Shown here: piece after piece, positions 23,487 through 32,000 of the stretch
Numbering within the stretch: position 1 is the first letter of the stretch
How the letters are laid out: each line of letters starts with the position of its first letter
DNA from: Candidatus Velamenicoccus archaeovorus
GTDB lineage: Bacteria > Omnitrophota > Gorgyraeia > Velamenicoccales > Velamenicoccaceae
Reading direction: 5' to 3'
Length of the DNA: 32,000 nucleotides
NCBI RefSeq assembly: GCF_004102945.1
Contig: NZ_CP019384.1
Span: 1,500,001 to 1,532,000, forward strand
Position numbers and translations under genes: made by a program
Notes under the pieces: generated by a model
What the model saw: the letters and a program-made list of their open reading frames with translations, nothing else
Database searches by the model: none
Told to the model about the DNA's origin: nothing

Positions 23487-24608
23487 TCACATCAACCTCT
23501 TAATGCCTTTTATTTCCAGATCCAGGTCTTCGCGGCTGTCGGCATACTTATAGGCCTCCTCGACTCCGATTTTGCCTTCTTTGACGAGCTTGGCCAAAGA
23601 CTGCTTGAAGCTCTGCATACCGAACAAGGCGCCCTCTTCCAGAAAACGGGTAATGTCGGCAAAAGCGCCTTCGCGCAGGAGACGGCTGATGGTCGGCGTC
23701 AAGAGCATCGTCTCGCAGGCGGGGATGCGGCCGGAACCATCGGCGCGCGGCACCAGGCGCAGAGAGACAACACCTTTAAGCAAAAACGACAGTTGCATGC
23801 GGATCTCCGCATGCTGGTGCGGCGGGAAGAAATTCAGGATGCGCTGAGCGGTCTGGGCGGCGTTAACCGTGTGCACGGTGCTCAAGACAAGGATGCCCAT
23901 TTCCGCGGCGTTGAGGGCGGCGGACATCGTGTCGAGGTCGCGGATCGTACCGATAAAAATGACGTCAGGGCTCTGCAGCGTCACCTGCCTTAAAGCAACG
24001 GGATAAGACGAAACATCCAGGCCAAGTTCCCTCTGGTTGATGACGCTCTTGTTGTCCGTAAAGGTAAATTCAATAGGGTCTTCGACGGTCAAGACGTGTC
24101 TCGCCTGGGTCGTATTCATGTATTCGATCATGCTGGCGATCGTCGTGGATTTGCCGTGGCCCGCCGGGCCCGTCAAAAGGATCAACCCACGCCTCTCTTG
24201 GGAGAGACGCTCCAAGACGTCTTTGGGAAGATTGAGAGCGTCGAAATCCGGGACGGCTTTTTTAATGCGGCGCATGACGATCGACGGTACACCGCGCTGC
24301 ATGAAGATGCTGACGCGAAAACGGTCCAATCCGCAAGGGGCGGGCCTCCCTGTTCCGCTTAGGGAAGGACCCAGACCTTCGGCATCCATGGCAAAATCCG
24401 TATCGAAGACATTCTGGAGCATCTTTTTGTGGGTCTCATCCGCAATTTCGGCAACAATGTGCTGAAGATCTGCGGCCCCCAGGACCGGTATATCCGTCAA
24501 AGGGACCAACTCTCCATAGATACGCAGGTAGGGAACGTTGTCGACCTTGAGAAAAACATCCGAGGCATCCCGATCGCACATCACCCTTAAGACATCCCTG
24601 ATCTTCAT
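23487..24608 (-). CDS. pilT: type IV pilus retraction ATPase PilT/PilU family
   Basis: 373 aa. ASDVFLKVDNVPYLRIYGEL, Walker A GPAGHGKST, and ILVLSTVHT. No other pilus genes are in the window. Confidence 0.8.
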   Translation of the reverse strand: MKIRDVLRVMCDRDASDVFLKVDNVPYLRIYGELVPLTDIPVLGAADLQHIVAEIADETHKKMLQNVFDTDFAMDAEGLGPSLSGTGRPAPCGLDRFRVSIFMQRGVPSIVMRRIKKAVPDFDALNLPKDVLERLSQERRGLILLTGPAGHGKSTTIASMIEYMNTTQARHVLTVEDPIEFTFTDNKSVINQRELGLDVSSYPVALRQVTLQSPDVIFIGTIRDLDTMSAALNAAEMGILVLSTVHTVNAAQTAQRILNFFPPHQHAEIRMQLSFLLKGVVSLRLVPRADGSGRIPACETMLLTPTISRLLREGAFADITRFLEEGALFGMQSFKQSLAKLVKEGKIGVEEAYKYADSREDLDLEIKGIKRLM

Positions 24609-24758
24609 GGTCCCCCCTTGAAAAAGTATTCAGTAGCCGGTAAAAAACCAAAAAAGTCTTTAAAATCTTGTATTTAAAATGAGAGGGTGATTCTTGAGGT
24701 TGTGTAGAAATATTTTATTCTTCCCATTTCTTTTTTTGTCTTCTTCTTTTACTGACGA

Positions 24759-25058
24759 CTATCTACTCACTACCATTGACTTCTTGGCCCTGCTGAATTT
24801 TCTTTCTTGCTTAAGAAGCCTCAATTTTTTGACAAGGCCGCCCCTGAACCCTCCGAGCGACCCATCGGAAGAAATCACGCGGTGGCACGGCACAAAGGGC
24901 GCATAGGGATTTTTATTCAGCGCATTTCCCACGGCGCGGCTGCTCTTGGGTGAGCCGATGCGCCGCGCGATCCAGGCATAAGACCTGGTTTCACCCAGCG
25001 GGATCTCCATGGTCGCCGCATAAACTGCTTTTTGAAAAGGAGTCAGTTTCTGGCGCAT
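24759..25058 (-). CDS. ogt: methylated-DNA-protein-cysteine methyltransferase (C-terminal MGMT domain only)
   Basis: TPFQKAVYAATMEIPLGETRSYAWIA...NPYAPFVPCHRVI contains the PCHR active site. I start at the ATG at 25058 (GGAG 10 nt upstream) rather than the track start at 25097. Confidence 0.85.
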   Translation of the reverse strand: MRQKLTPFQKAVYAATMEIPLGETRSYAWIARRIGSPKSSRAVGNALNKNPYAPFVPCHRVISSDGSLGGFRGGLVKKLRLLKQERKFSRAKKSMVVSR

Positions 25059-25183
25059 TTTTAAAACTCCAATATCGAATTTCCAACGACCAATCAATCT
25101 CTAATGCTTCAAGGCCTGAACTTTGTCGTCGGTTCTTTGGTCATTTATTCGTCATTCGGATTTTGCCACTGGTCATTCGCCTG

Positions 25184-26434
25184 TTATTCTTCCATCATCT
25201 TCTTCTTTCTCAGCAGAATGTGATATTTTCTGGCGAAGCGGTGCGCCTCGTCGCGGACCGCCTGGATCAGCCGCAGGACAGGACTGGAGCGTTCCAACGC
25301 CAGCGGCTTCGGACGCATACCAGTATAAATCAATTCCTCCTCTTTGGCGATAGCAATGATGGGAAGCGCAGGCCCCCATTCCCGTAAGGCCCCCCTGGCG
25401 GCCGCCAGGTGGCCGGCGCCGCCGTCGATAACAACAAGATCAGGCAGGCTCAGGTGTTCCTCCAGGAGCCGCCGATACCTGCGGCCGACGACCTCGCGAA
25501 TCATGGCATAATCGTCGATCCCGACGACAGCCCTGATGCGGAAACGGCGGTAATTGTCCTTGTCCGGCCGGCCTTCAAAAAAAGACACCATGGACCCCAC
25601 GGCCTCTCCCCCTGCGGTATTGGAAACATCGAAGGCTTCGATCCGGCGGGGCTCTCTCTTCAATCCCAGCCGTATCCAGTCGTCCTCCTTCTGCGGCCCC
25701 CGGAGCGGACTTTTTCTCAGGGAAACAAGGATGCTTAACGCCTCCAGCTGGTCGCGCAGTTTCGCCGCCTCCTCGAAACGCTCGCGGGCCACAAGCGCCT
25801 GCATGCGCCGCGAAAGCCCCTCAATCAGTTCCGTGTCTTTCTGGGTCAGAAAATCCTCCAGCGACCGGATGATCGTCCGATAACGCCTGCGGCCGATCCT
25901 GCCCTGGCAGGGACCGGGGCACAACCCCAGATCAAAATTCAGGCAGGGTTTTTTGGGAAACCTGCGGCAGCTGCAGAACGGAAAACTCCTGCGCAGGATC
26001 TTGAGCGCCCGACGCAAAAGAGACGCGCTCGTATAAGGGCCGAAAAGATCCGCCTCGTCCATCAGGCGGCCGCGCCTGCGGCCGATAAAAACACGAGGGA
26101 AAGTTTCGCGCGTCACGACGATATACGGATAGCTCTTGTCGTCTTTTAAGCTGATATTGAACCGAGGCTGGTATTTCTTGATGAGCTCGGCTTCGAGAAG
26201 CAGCGCCTCTCGTTCCGTCGGCACCTGCCGATACGAAATGTCTTCCACATAGGACATCATGACGTCCGTCTTCAGGCCGGCACCGGCGGCGGGGGGACAG
26301 CGGTTAAAATAGGACGCCACTCTTTTTTTGAGCGAAACCGCCTTGCCGACATAAATGATCTCGCCGGCGCGGTCTTTCATGAAATAGACGCCCGGGGAAT
26401 CCGGAAAACTTCTTATTTTTTCCTTATCAACCAT
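25184..26434 (-). CDS. uvrC: excinuclease ABC subunit C, compact form (416 aa)
   Basis: GIY-YIG N-terminus (PGVYFMKD..GEIIYVGKA), a Cys-rich segment, a UVR motif (FEEAAKLRDQLEAL), and the C-terminal nuclease region (RIEAFDVSN...DDYAMIREV...LVVIDGG...RDEAHRFA). The ORF ends right after that; no HhH pair is present. Confidence 0.88.
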   Translation of the reverse strand: MVDKEKIRSFPDSPGVYFMKDRAGEIIYVGKAVSLKKRVASYFNRCPPAAGAGLKTDVMMSYVEDISYRQVPTEREALLLEAELIKKYQPRFNISLKDDKSYPYIVVTRETFPRVFIGRRRGRLMDEADLFGPYTSASLLRRALKILRRSFPFCSCRRFPKKPCLNFDLGLCPGPCQGRIGRRRYRTIIRSLEDFLTQKDTELIEGLSRRMQALVARERFEEAAKLRDQLEALSILVSLRKSPLRGPQKEDDWIRLGLKREPRRIEAFDVSNTAGGEAVGSMVSFFEGRPDKDNYRRFRIRAVVGIDDYAMIREVVGRRYRRLLEEHLSLPDLVVIDGGAGHLAAARGALREWGPALPIIAIAKEEELIYTGMRPKPLALERSSPVLRLIQAVRDEAHRFARKYHILLRKKKMMEE

Positions 26435-27987
26435 ATCGCAAGCCTTTTAAGTTCGCCGACGCCGAGCAGCCACAACAATCCCGCGTAGACCACACAGGCC
26501 ACAAGGACTGACGCGCACAGAGAAACGAGGGTGGCGCGGGAAGCAAAAACATTCTGCCAGATAAAGAATGCGGCGGCCGCGCATCCCGCAGAAGCCGCCA
26601 GAACGCGCACGAACAGTCCTTCCAGGAGAGGACGGATCCTGTACCCCGTGCGCCGCCTGACATGCCGATACAAAAGATAAAAATTTAAAAATGCAGAGAT
26701 GCTGCTGGCCAGAGCGAGCCCCGCGATCTTCATGCCGAAGACGAAAATGAAAAGTGCATTCAGGACAACATTGGAAACCAGTGCGGCCGCGGACGTCTTC
26801 ACCGGCGTCAGCGTATCCTGGAGCGCATAGAAAAAATGTGACAGAAACCGCACCCCCACATACGACACAAGACCCAGACCGTAAAAGAAAAGCGCCGTCG
26901 TCGTGATCGAGGCGGAATAGGCCCCGAAACTGCCGCGCTCAAAGACCGCCGTCACCACCGGACCGGCAAAAACCAGGATCCCAACCGCCACAGGCAACAT
27001 CGCCAATAGGAGACTCTTGAGACAGACATCCAGGGTCTGGTTCATGGCGGCGGCATCCTTACGCGCTGCGTGGGCGGACATTTGAGGGAGCGCGGCATTC
27101 GAGACGGCGACGCCGAAAATGGCAAAAGGGAACTGGATGATCCTGTTGGCGTAATAGATGGCCGCGATCGCCCCCTCGCCGGCATAGGTGGACAACGAAG
27201 CAAAAATCGTATCTATGAAAATATTCATCTGATAGATACTCGTGCCGACGAGGCGCGGAACGATCAGGCGGCCCACCTTGACAACGCCTTCCTCTTTCCA
27301 GAAACGCGTCGTCTCCGGCTGCCATCGCAGGGATACGCCGCGGCGCATGAGAGACGGCATCTGCATGGCGACCTGAGCGGTCCCTCCTAAAAGCGTAGCC
27401 AAGGCCAAGAGGTAAATCTGGAAAAAACTATCCTGTCTGATAAAAAGCGCCAGGCAGGCGATCAAGACGCAATTAAAGACAACGGGAGAGGCCGCCGGGA
27501 CGGCAAACGATTTCATGGCGTTGGCGACAGACATCAAATACGCCGAAACAACCACAAGGACAAGGTAGGGAAAAAGGATCTGCGTCAGACGGATGGTCAG
27601 ATGGAGCTTGGCGGGGTCTGTTGCAAAGCCAGGCGCGACCACATGTATCAAGGGATCGGCCAAAATGATCCCCGAGACCGCAATGATCAAAGAAATGGAC
27701 AAAACGAGCGTAAAAAGGCTGTTGACAAGCCTCTGGAAGTGCTGCCGGCTCCTGACGGCCAGGTATTCGCAAAAAACAGGCACAAAAGCGGCATTCCCCG
27801 CCCCCTCCCCCAGGATGTCCCGGAACATATTCGGGATGCGGAAGGCGACGAAAAAAGCCTGGGCCGCCGGCCCTGTCCCGAAAACACCCGCGATCAAGAC
27901 ATCACGCACAAATCCCGTGATACGGGAGATAATCGTCATCGCACTGATGGCGGCGGCTGATTTGAATATCGTCTTGTGTTCACTCAT
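26413..27987 (-). CDS. murJ: lipid II flippase MurJ
   Basis: RITGFVRDVLIAGVFGTGPAAQAFFVAFRIPNMFRDILGEGA is the MurJ/MviN N-terminal signature. Polytopic. I start at the ATG at 27987 (MSEHKT). The 3' end overlaps the uvrC start by 22 nt. Confidence 0.9.
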   Translation of the reverse strand: MSEHKTIFKSAAAISAMTIISRITGFVRDVLIAGVFGTGPAAQAFFVAFRIPNMFRDILGEGAGNAAFVPVFCEYLAVRSRQHFQRLVNSLFTLVLSISLIIAVSGIILADPLIHVVAPGFATDPAKLHLTIRLTQILFPYLVLVVVSAYLMSVANAMKSFAVPAASPVVFNCVLIACLALFIRQDSFFQIYLLALATLLGGTAQVAMQMPSLMRRGVSLRWQPETTRFWKEEGVVKVGRLIVPRLVGTSIYQMNIFIDTIFASLSTYAGEGAIAAIYYANRIIQFPFAIFGVAVSNAALPQMSAHAARKDAAAMNQTLDVCLKSLLLAMLPVAVGILVFAGPVVTAVFERGSFGAYSASITTTALFFYGLGLVSYVGVRFLSHFFYALQDTLTPVKTSAAALVSNVVLNALFIFVFGMKIAGLALASSISAFLNFYLLYRHVRRRTGYRIRPLLEGLFVRVLAASAGCAAAAFFIWQNVFASRATLVSLCASVLVACVVYAGLLWLLGVGELKRLAIWLIRKK

Positions 27988-28020
27988 GGCCTTGACAGCG
28001 CCCAACGGCGTTTTCTACTA

Positions 28021-28049
28021 TTGACAATGGCGGCCTTCTATGATATAAA
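28021..28049 (+). promoter_or_regulatory. near-consensus sigma70 promoter, probably for rpsT
   Basis: TTGACA (28021-26), a 17-nt spacer ending in TGA (extended -10), then TATAAA (28044-49). This would give a leader of about 190 nt before rpsT. Confidence 0.55.
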
Positions 28050-28242
28050 ACCCCTTACTTATCGTCGGCCGCAAAAACAGATCGTCGAATGGGGCGTCCG
28101 ATATTCCTGGATAAACTTGACCAAAAAGGTCCTCCATCCAGGAATTCCAAAGCAAGAAACCCAGGATTAATTCCGGCAAACGACTTACGTCGTAAAAACG
28201 CTTCGTAAGCCCTGCCGTCATTCAAAGGAGCTGAGAAAAGCT

Positions 28243-28506
28243 ATGCCACAAAGAAAATGCGCATCAAAACGCTTGAGAGTCGATAAAACAAGATCCCTGG
28301 CGAACGCGGAGAAAAGGTCGCAGATCAAGAAAGAGATCAAGAATTTCCGCTCCCTCGTAACGCAGGGAAAGATCGATGAAGCCAAGGCCCAGCTGAAAGC
28401 GGTCTTCGCGAAGCTCGACCGGGCTGTCAGCAAGGGCATCCTGCACAAGAACACGGCTTCCCGTCGCAAATCCTATCTTAGCCGCGTTCTAAACAAGAAA
28501 GCTTAA
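28243..28506 (+). CDS. rpsT: 30S ribosomal protein S20
   Basis: 87-aa basic protein. KRLRVDKTRSLANAEKRSQIK...LDRAVSKGILHKNTASRRKS is typical of bS20. AAAGGAG lies upstream. Confidence 0.93.
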   Translation: MPQRKCASKRLRVDKTRSLANAEKRSQIKKEIKNFRSLVTQGKIDEAKAQLKAVFAKLDRAVSKGILHKNTASRRKSYLSRVLNKKA

Positions 28507-29182
28507 CCACCATAATCTCCAGGATCGCGTGATTACGCGCGTATGCGGATACGGAAGACTTGAGCTTCCGGTCCGCATCGAGCATGAGCTTGACCCCCCG
28601 TGCATACCCCTTAGGCCCGATTTTTTTTTGAGAAAAAAATCTTTCCCACTGCCAAGAAAGCCCTCCAAGGATCTTCTCTGCCCGCTCCCGATGACGCAGC
28701 AATTCCTCCAGGACCTGCAGGGCCCGGCCGGCCTGCTGTTCCGTGATGCAACGGCCCAAATCAAAGACGTTCAGCGGCACATCCTCCTTGAAACGCACGA
28801 GGCGCGCGCCGGCGCCTTCGAGCGCCTCGATGAAATCCTGCGTCTCAGAAGACATATCGCCGCGCGCCTCGGGAATATCGATGACGACAATGGTCTTCTG
28901 CGGTTTGGCGGCGATATTCCTGACAAGGGCCTCGCGCAAAGACTTCCCCAATTTGTGCGCCATGCGCAAAACCAGGAGACGCGCGCGAGCACCTTCCGTC
29001 GGCAAAAGAGAGAGGCATTCCTTAAAGTCTTGCGGGGAGATCTGATGGTCGTCGCCGTAAAGAAGCGTCGCGTTCAGGTCGCGAAGTTCGGGCGGGAATA
29101 ATTCTTTGGCGATGAGCTCAAGCTTCTCGTGTTTGTGCAGCTCATCAGAGCCTACAAATAGATAGGCGGCTGGCGCTACCAT
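28478..29182 (-). CDS. holA: DNA polymerase III delta subunit (short, 234 aa)
   Basis: YLFVGSDELHKHEKLELI N-terminus. Sits in the conserved lptE-holA gene order, and its ATG overlaps the lptE stop. About 100 aa shorter than typical HolA. The 3' end overlaps the convergent rpsT by 29 nt. Confidence 0.6.
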   Translation of the reverse strand: MVAPAAYLFVGSDELHKHEKLELIAKELFPPELRDLNATLLYGDDHQISPQDFKECLSLLPTEGARARLLVLRMAHKLGKSLREALVRNIAAKPQKTIVVIDIPEARGDMSSETQDFIEALEGAGARLVRFKEDVPLNVFDLGRCITEQQAGRALQVLEELLRHRERAEKILGGLSWQWERFFSQKKIGPKGYARGVKLMLDADRKLKSSVSAYARNHAILEIMVVKLSCLERG

Positions 29183-29724
29183 GCTTCAACGGTGGTCTCC
29201 ACGATCCTGCGGGCAAGGTCGATCGAAGCATCCTGGACAGCCTGGGATTCCGAGGTAGCCATGGTGCCGCTCACGAAATACGTCGCATCGCCGGCGAAAT
29301 CGTTCTTCTCCCAGAGCACCTTGCCGGTCCTGTTCTCGACAAGCTTGATATTGACGAAAAGCGTCACGCGGTATTCTTCGGGATTGTCGTCGCCCGAGGC
29401 CGTGCGCAGGGTCTCCCGGCGGTAATTGACAAGGGAACCGGAAAGCACGAGATCCGCCTCCTCCCGCTGGGCGGTCCTGAGGGACCCCTCGAAATTAAAG
29501 CGGTCCACGACGGCATTGGTGATCTTATTTTCCAACAAAGGAAAATAGGTGCGGAACCGTGAACCCTCGGCATATTCAGAGGTCGTGTTGATCTTGTTGA
29601 TAAAAGGTTCGACATAAACCGTCTTATAACCCGCCTCGGTGATATAGCCGCGGGTGGTATAGCCGCATCCGCAGCTGGTCAAAGCAAGGACCGCGGCACA
29701 GACCATCAAAGATAGATGTCTCAT
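29176..29724 (-). CDS. lptE: LPS-assembly lipoprotein LptE-like
   Basis: Lipobox LALTSC followed by GYTTRGY. 182 aa. Lies immediately upstream of holA, as in the E. coli lptE-holA arrangement. Confidence 0.65.
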   Translation of the reverse strand: MRHLSLMVCAAVLALTSCGCGYTTRGYITEAGYKTVYVEPFINKINTTSEYAEGSRFRTYFPLLENKITNAVVDRFNFEGSLRTAQREEADLVLSGSLVNYRRETLRTASGDDNPEEYRVTLFVNIKLVENRTGKVLWEKNDFAGDATYFVSGTMATSESQAVQDASIDLARRIVETTVEAW

Positions 29725-30686
29725 TTTTTCTTCTCCTCCAAGGCCTGCAGCCGTTCCACGGATTTTTTCGCCCAGGCGGAACTGGGATAATTGTCGACGA
29801 CATACTGATAATAAATCTTGGCGCTGTCGGGAGCCTTCTGTTTTTCATAAAACAAGCCCACCTCGTAATTGGACTGGGCCTCTTTATCCCGGAGCTCATC
29901 GATGCGCTGTTCCGCCTGGTCCGAAAGCTCGGCGTCCGGGTGCGTCGTCAAAAAAACCTTGAACTTATCCACAGCTTCCTGGGTCATGCTCTGGTCATAA
30001 GAAGCGTCCAAGGACGAACGGGCCGCGCAGACGGCGATCTGGAACTTGGCCGGCTCTGCCCACTCACTCGTGGGATAATTATCCAGCACCTTTTGAAATT
30101 CATCCGTCGCCTCGGTAAAATCCCCCTTGGCCTTCAACGTCAGGCCGATCTTGTACTGGCTGGCGGCGGCATACTTACCGTAAGGGGCGTTTTCAATGAC
30201 CTTGTGGAATATCTCCAGGGCCGCATTTTCACCCGTGAAACTGATCCCGGCGACGTTCTTGCGGTAGTCCAACAGCCTCTGGGCAAGGATATACTCCTGC
30301 TGGAGAACATCGTCGGTCCTTTCCGTAAAAGGATATTTGTCGATGACCTTCTGGTAGGCCTGAAAAGCTTCGTAAAATTTCCCCGTTTCTTCGAGGCATC
30401 GCCCCATATAAAACTGCGCCTCGGGGGCCTCCAGGGCGTCCGGATAATACTTCACGAGCTTTTTAAACTCATTATAGGCCGTCTCGTAATCCTTGATCTC
30501 AAGATAGCCGAGGGCAAACTTCAACTGCTCCTGGGGACTCTCCTTCGGGGCGTATTTGGGATTGGTCCATTTCTTTGATTCAGGCGTCCAAATCCAATAG
30601 CCAAAAGAAGTTTGAGAAAAGAGAAAAAAAAGGATAAGCGTCACACACGCCTTTTTCATCATAGCCATCTTACCTAAAAGCTCCAT
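29721..30686 (-). CDS. BamD/YfiO-like TPR protein (secreted; no clear lipobox)
   Basis: Signal-like MKKACVTLILFFLFSQTSFG followed by TPR repeats (YETAYNEFKKLVKYYPDALEAPEAQFYMGRC...). ATGA overlap with lptE. The start is uncertain (ATG at 30686, 30668 or 30662). Confidence 0.6.
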   Translation of the reverse strand: MELLGKMAMMKKACVTLILFFLFSQTSFGYWIWTPESKKWTNPKYAPKESPQEQLKFALGYLEIKDYETAYNEFKKLVKYYPDALEAPEAQFYMGRCLEETGKFYEAFQAYQKVIDKYPFTERTDDVLQQEYILAQRLLDYRKNVAGISFTGENAALEIFHKVIENAPYGKYAAASQYKIGLTLKAKGDFTEATDEFQKVLDNYPTSEWAEPAKFQIAVCAARSSLDASYDQSMTQEAVDKFKVFLTTHPDAELSDQAEQRIDELRDKEAQSNYEVGLFYEKQKAPDSAKIYYQYVVDNYPSSAWAKKSVERLQALEEKKK

Positions 30687-30874
30687 TCTGTTTATTATTA
30701 TATTTACCGCCGGCGACGCGCCGGCATGATCAGCCTACCCATTCTTGCGTCCGGTACCCGTCCGGGGACCGGCGCCAGACCACGCAAGAAGCTATAATTT
30801 ATCATAGCCCATCGGCTTTGTCAACGCATGAAGCCCGGCCGGCGCGGCAGACATCCCAGGCGCCGGAGCCGCTA

Positions 30875-30902
30875 TTGACTATCCCTGGAGGCCTGTTACA
30901 AT
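30875..30902 (+). promoter_or_regulatory. candidate sigma70 promoter giving a leaderless dus transcript
   Basis: TTGACT (30875-80), a 16-nt spacer, then TACAAT (30897-902). Only accccc follows before the ATG at 30909, and there is no SD. Confidence 0.5.
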
Positions 30903-30908
30903 ACCCCC

Positions 30909-31877
30909 ATGTTCAAAATCGGCGACCTTCGCCTGCACTCCAATGTCCTATTGGCACCCCTGGCCGGCATCAGCGACTCTTCCTTTCGCCTGCTTTGCAG
31001 GCAGTTTGGGGCCTCTTTCACCTTCATCGAAATGATCAACGCGCGCGCGATCTCCTATAAAAACAAAAAAACAAAAAAGATGCTCGAAACAGACCCCATG
31101 GACAGACCCATCGGCATCCAACTTCTGGGCGCAGAGATCCCCTATCTTCTGCGGGCCATGGATGTCATCGCTCCCTACGATTTCGACCTCTTGGATTTCA
31201 ACGCGGCCTGCCCCGTCCGCAAGGTATGCCGCCGTCAGGAAGGCGCCGCCCTCCTCAAGAACATCCCGAAGCTCAAAAACATTCTCATGGCCATGGTCAA
31301 GGCATGGAAAAAACCCGTAACGGTCAAAATCCGCAGCGGCTGGGACATAAACAGCCGCAACGCGACCGATGCCGCCTGCGCTGCCGAAGACGCAGGCGTT
31401 TCCGCCATCTTTATCCACGGACGCGATCGTCAACAGTTTTACAAAGGGACTGTGGACTATGCCGTCATCGCCGCTGTCAAAAAAAACGTACGGATCCCCG
31501 TCATCGCCAGCGGCGACATCTGGTCTGCCGCCCATGCCAAAAAGATGTTCGATGAAACGGGCTGCGACGGCATCCTCGTGGCCCGCGGAGGCCTCGGCAA
31601 CCCGTGGATCTTCCGCCAGATAGAAGAATATCTCTCACAAGGACGCCTCCTGCCGGCGCCGGAGACCGAAGAAATTTTAAGCGTCATGCAGCAGCACATG
31701 GAGATGATGGTCACCGAACACGGAGAAAAGAACGGCATCGCCCTGATGCGCAAATTCGTCGGATGGTACCTGAAAGGCCGGAGATTCGTGCGATCCGTCC
31801 GCCAACGGATCAACAATATCAAAACACGCGAAGAATTCCTGGACATGATCGCCCATGCGCGCCAGTTGGCATCATGA
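30909..31877 (+). CDS. dus: tRNA-dihydrouridine synthase (DusB-like)
   Basis: The string NVLLAPLAGISDSSFRLLCRQFGA...IQLLGAE...DFNAACPV.KV...GAALL...VTVKIRSGW...IHGR matches the Dus family TIM-barrel motifs. Confidence 0.9.
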   Translation: MFKIGDLRLHSNVLLAPLAGISDSSFRLLCRQFGASFTFIEMINARAISYKNKKTKKMLETDPMDRPIGIQLLGAEIPYLLRAMDVIAPYDFDLLDFNAACPVRKVCRRQEGAALLKNIPKLKNILMAMVKAWKKPVTVKIRSGWDINSRNATDAACAAEDAGVSAIFIHGRDRQQFYKGTVDYAVIAAVKKNVRIPVIASGDIWSAAHAKKMFDETGCDGILVARGGLGNPWIFRQIEEYLSQGRLLPAPETEEILSVMQQHMEMMVTEHGEKNGIALMRKFVGWYLKGRRFVRSVRQRINNIKTREEFLDMIAHARQLAS

Positions 31878-31903
31878 ACAAGATATGCTAAAATTGGAGT
31901 GAC

Positions 31904-32000
31904 ATGAAGAGATACGCCACATCCATAGCTGTGATGTTCCTCGCATGGAATGCGATGATGCTGTCCGCCGGGGCGGCTAAATTCGGCGACGCATCTACGG
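31904..32000 (+). CDS. 5' end of a secreted protein (truncated by the window edge)
   Basis: GGAG lies 4 nt before the ATG at 31904. It encodes MKRYATSIAVMFLAWNAMMLSAGAAKFGDAST, which looks like a signal peptide. The ORF is open to the end of the window. Confidence 0.5.
   Translation, partial: MKRYATSIAVMFLAWNAMMLSAGAAKFGDAST

Noticed and set aside
23487-24608. Orphan pilT as part of a novel secretion or pilus system
   Set aside because: It is a single ATPase with a conventional PilT/PilU sequence sitting between housekeeping genes (prfB, ogt). Pilus genes are commonly dispersed. Nothing in the neighbourhood supports a new system.

Overview
The window is a GC-rich chromosomal segment (about 55-60% GC, estimated by eye). 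The organism is a diderm bacterium, since LptE, a BamD-like protein, an LpxL-like acyltransferase and Lnt are all present. I call 28 CDS, 24 of them on the minus strand. Recognisable genes, left to right:
- class II ribonucleotide reductase nrdJ
- a membrane-fused spermidine-synthase-like protein
- a DUF502 protein
- two tandem ArsB/NhaD-type permeases with a CBS-pair gene
- bioY
- an LpxL-type acyltransferase
- an adenosine-specific-kinase-family protein
- two paralogous secreted TPR/coiled-coil proteins
- lnt, secA, prfB (canonical +1 frameshift site found), pilT-like ATPase, ogt, a compact uvrC, murJ, rpsT, a short holA, lptE, a bamD-like gene and dus

Three things stand out.
1. The left 2.5 kb is sharply AT-rich (mid-30s % GC). 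It carries three co-directional genes with no housekeeping identity: an NDT/TIR-like Rossmannoid protein, a single-TM helical protein and a TerB-like/bPH-like protein. This is my best candidate for an undescribed conflict or defence module, but it is cut by the window edge.
2. Intergenic spaces are packed with long nested hairpins that occur as paralogous copies. Stem sequences differ between copies but base pairing is kept. The clearest case is the tandem modules at 16131-16480. Others are two related elements bracketing nrdJ, tandem hairpins 3' of nrdJ, and a palindrome cluster at 14561-14771.
3. There is a 28-aa highly basic ORF too short for the ORF track, with its own strong promoter. Two plus-strand genes also look leaderless.

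No rRNA, tRNA, CRISPR array or transposase was seen. All family assignments come from motif recognition by eye; no database search was run.
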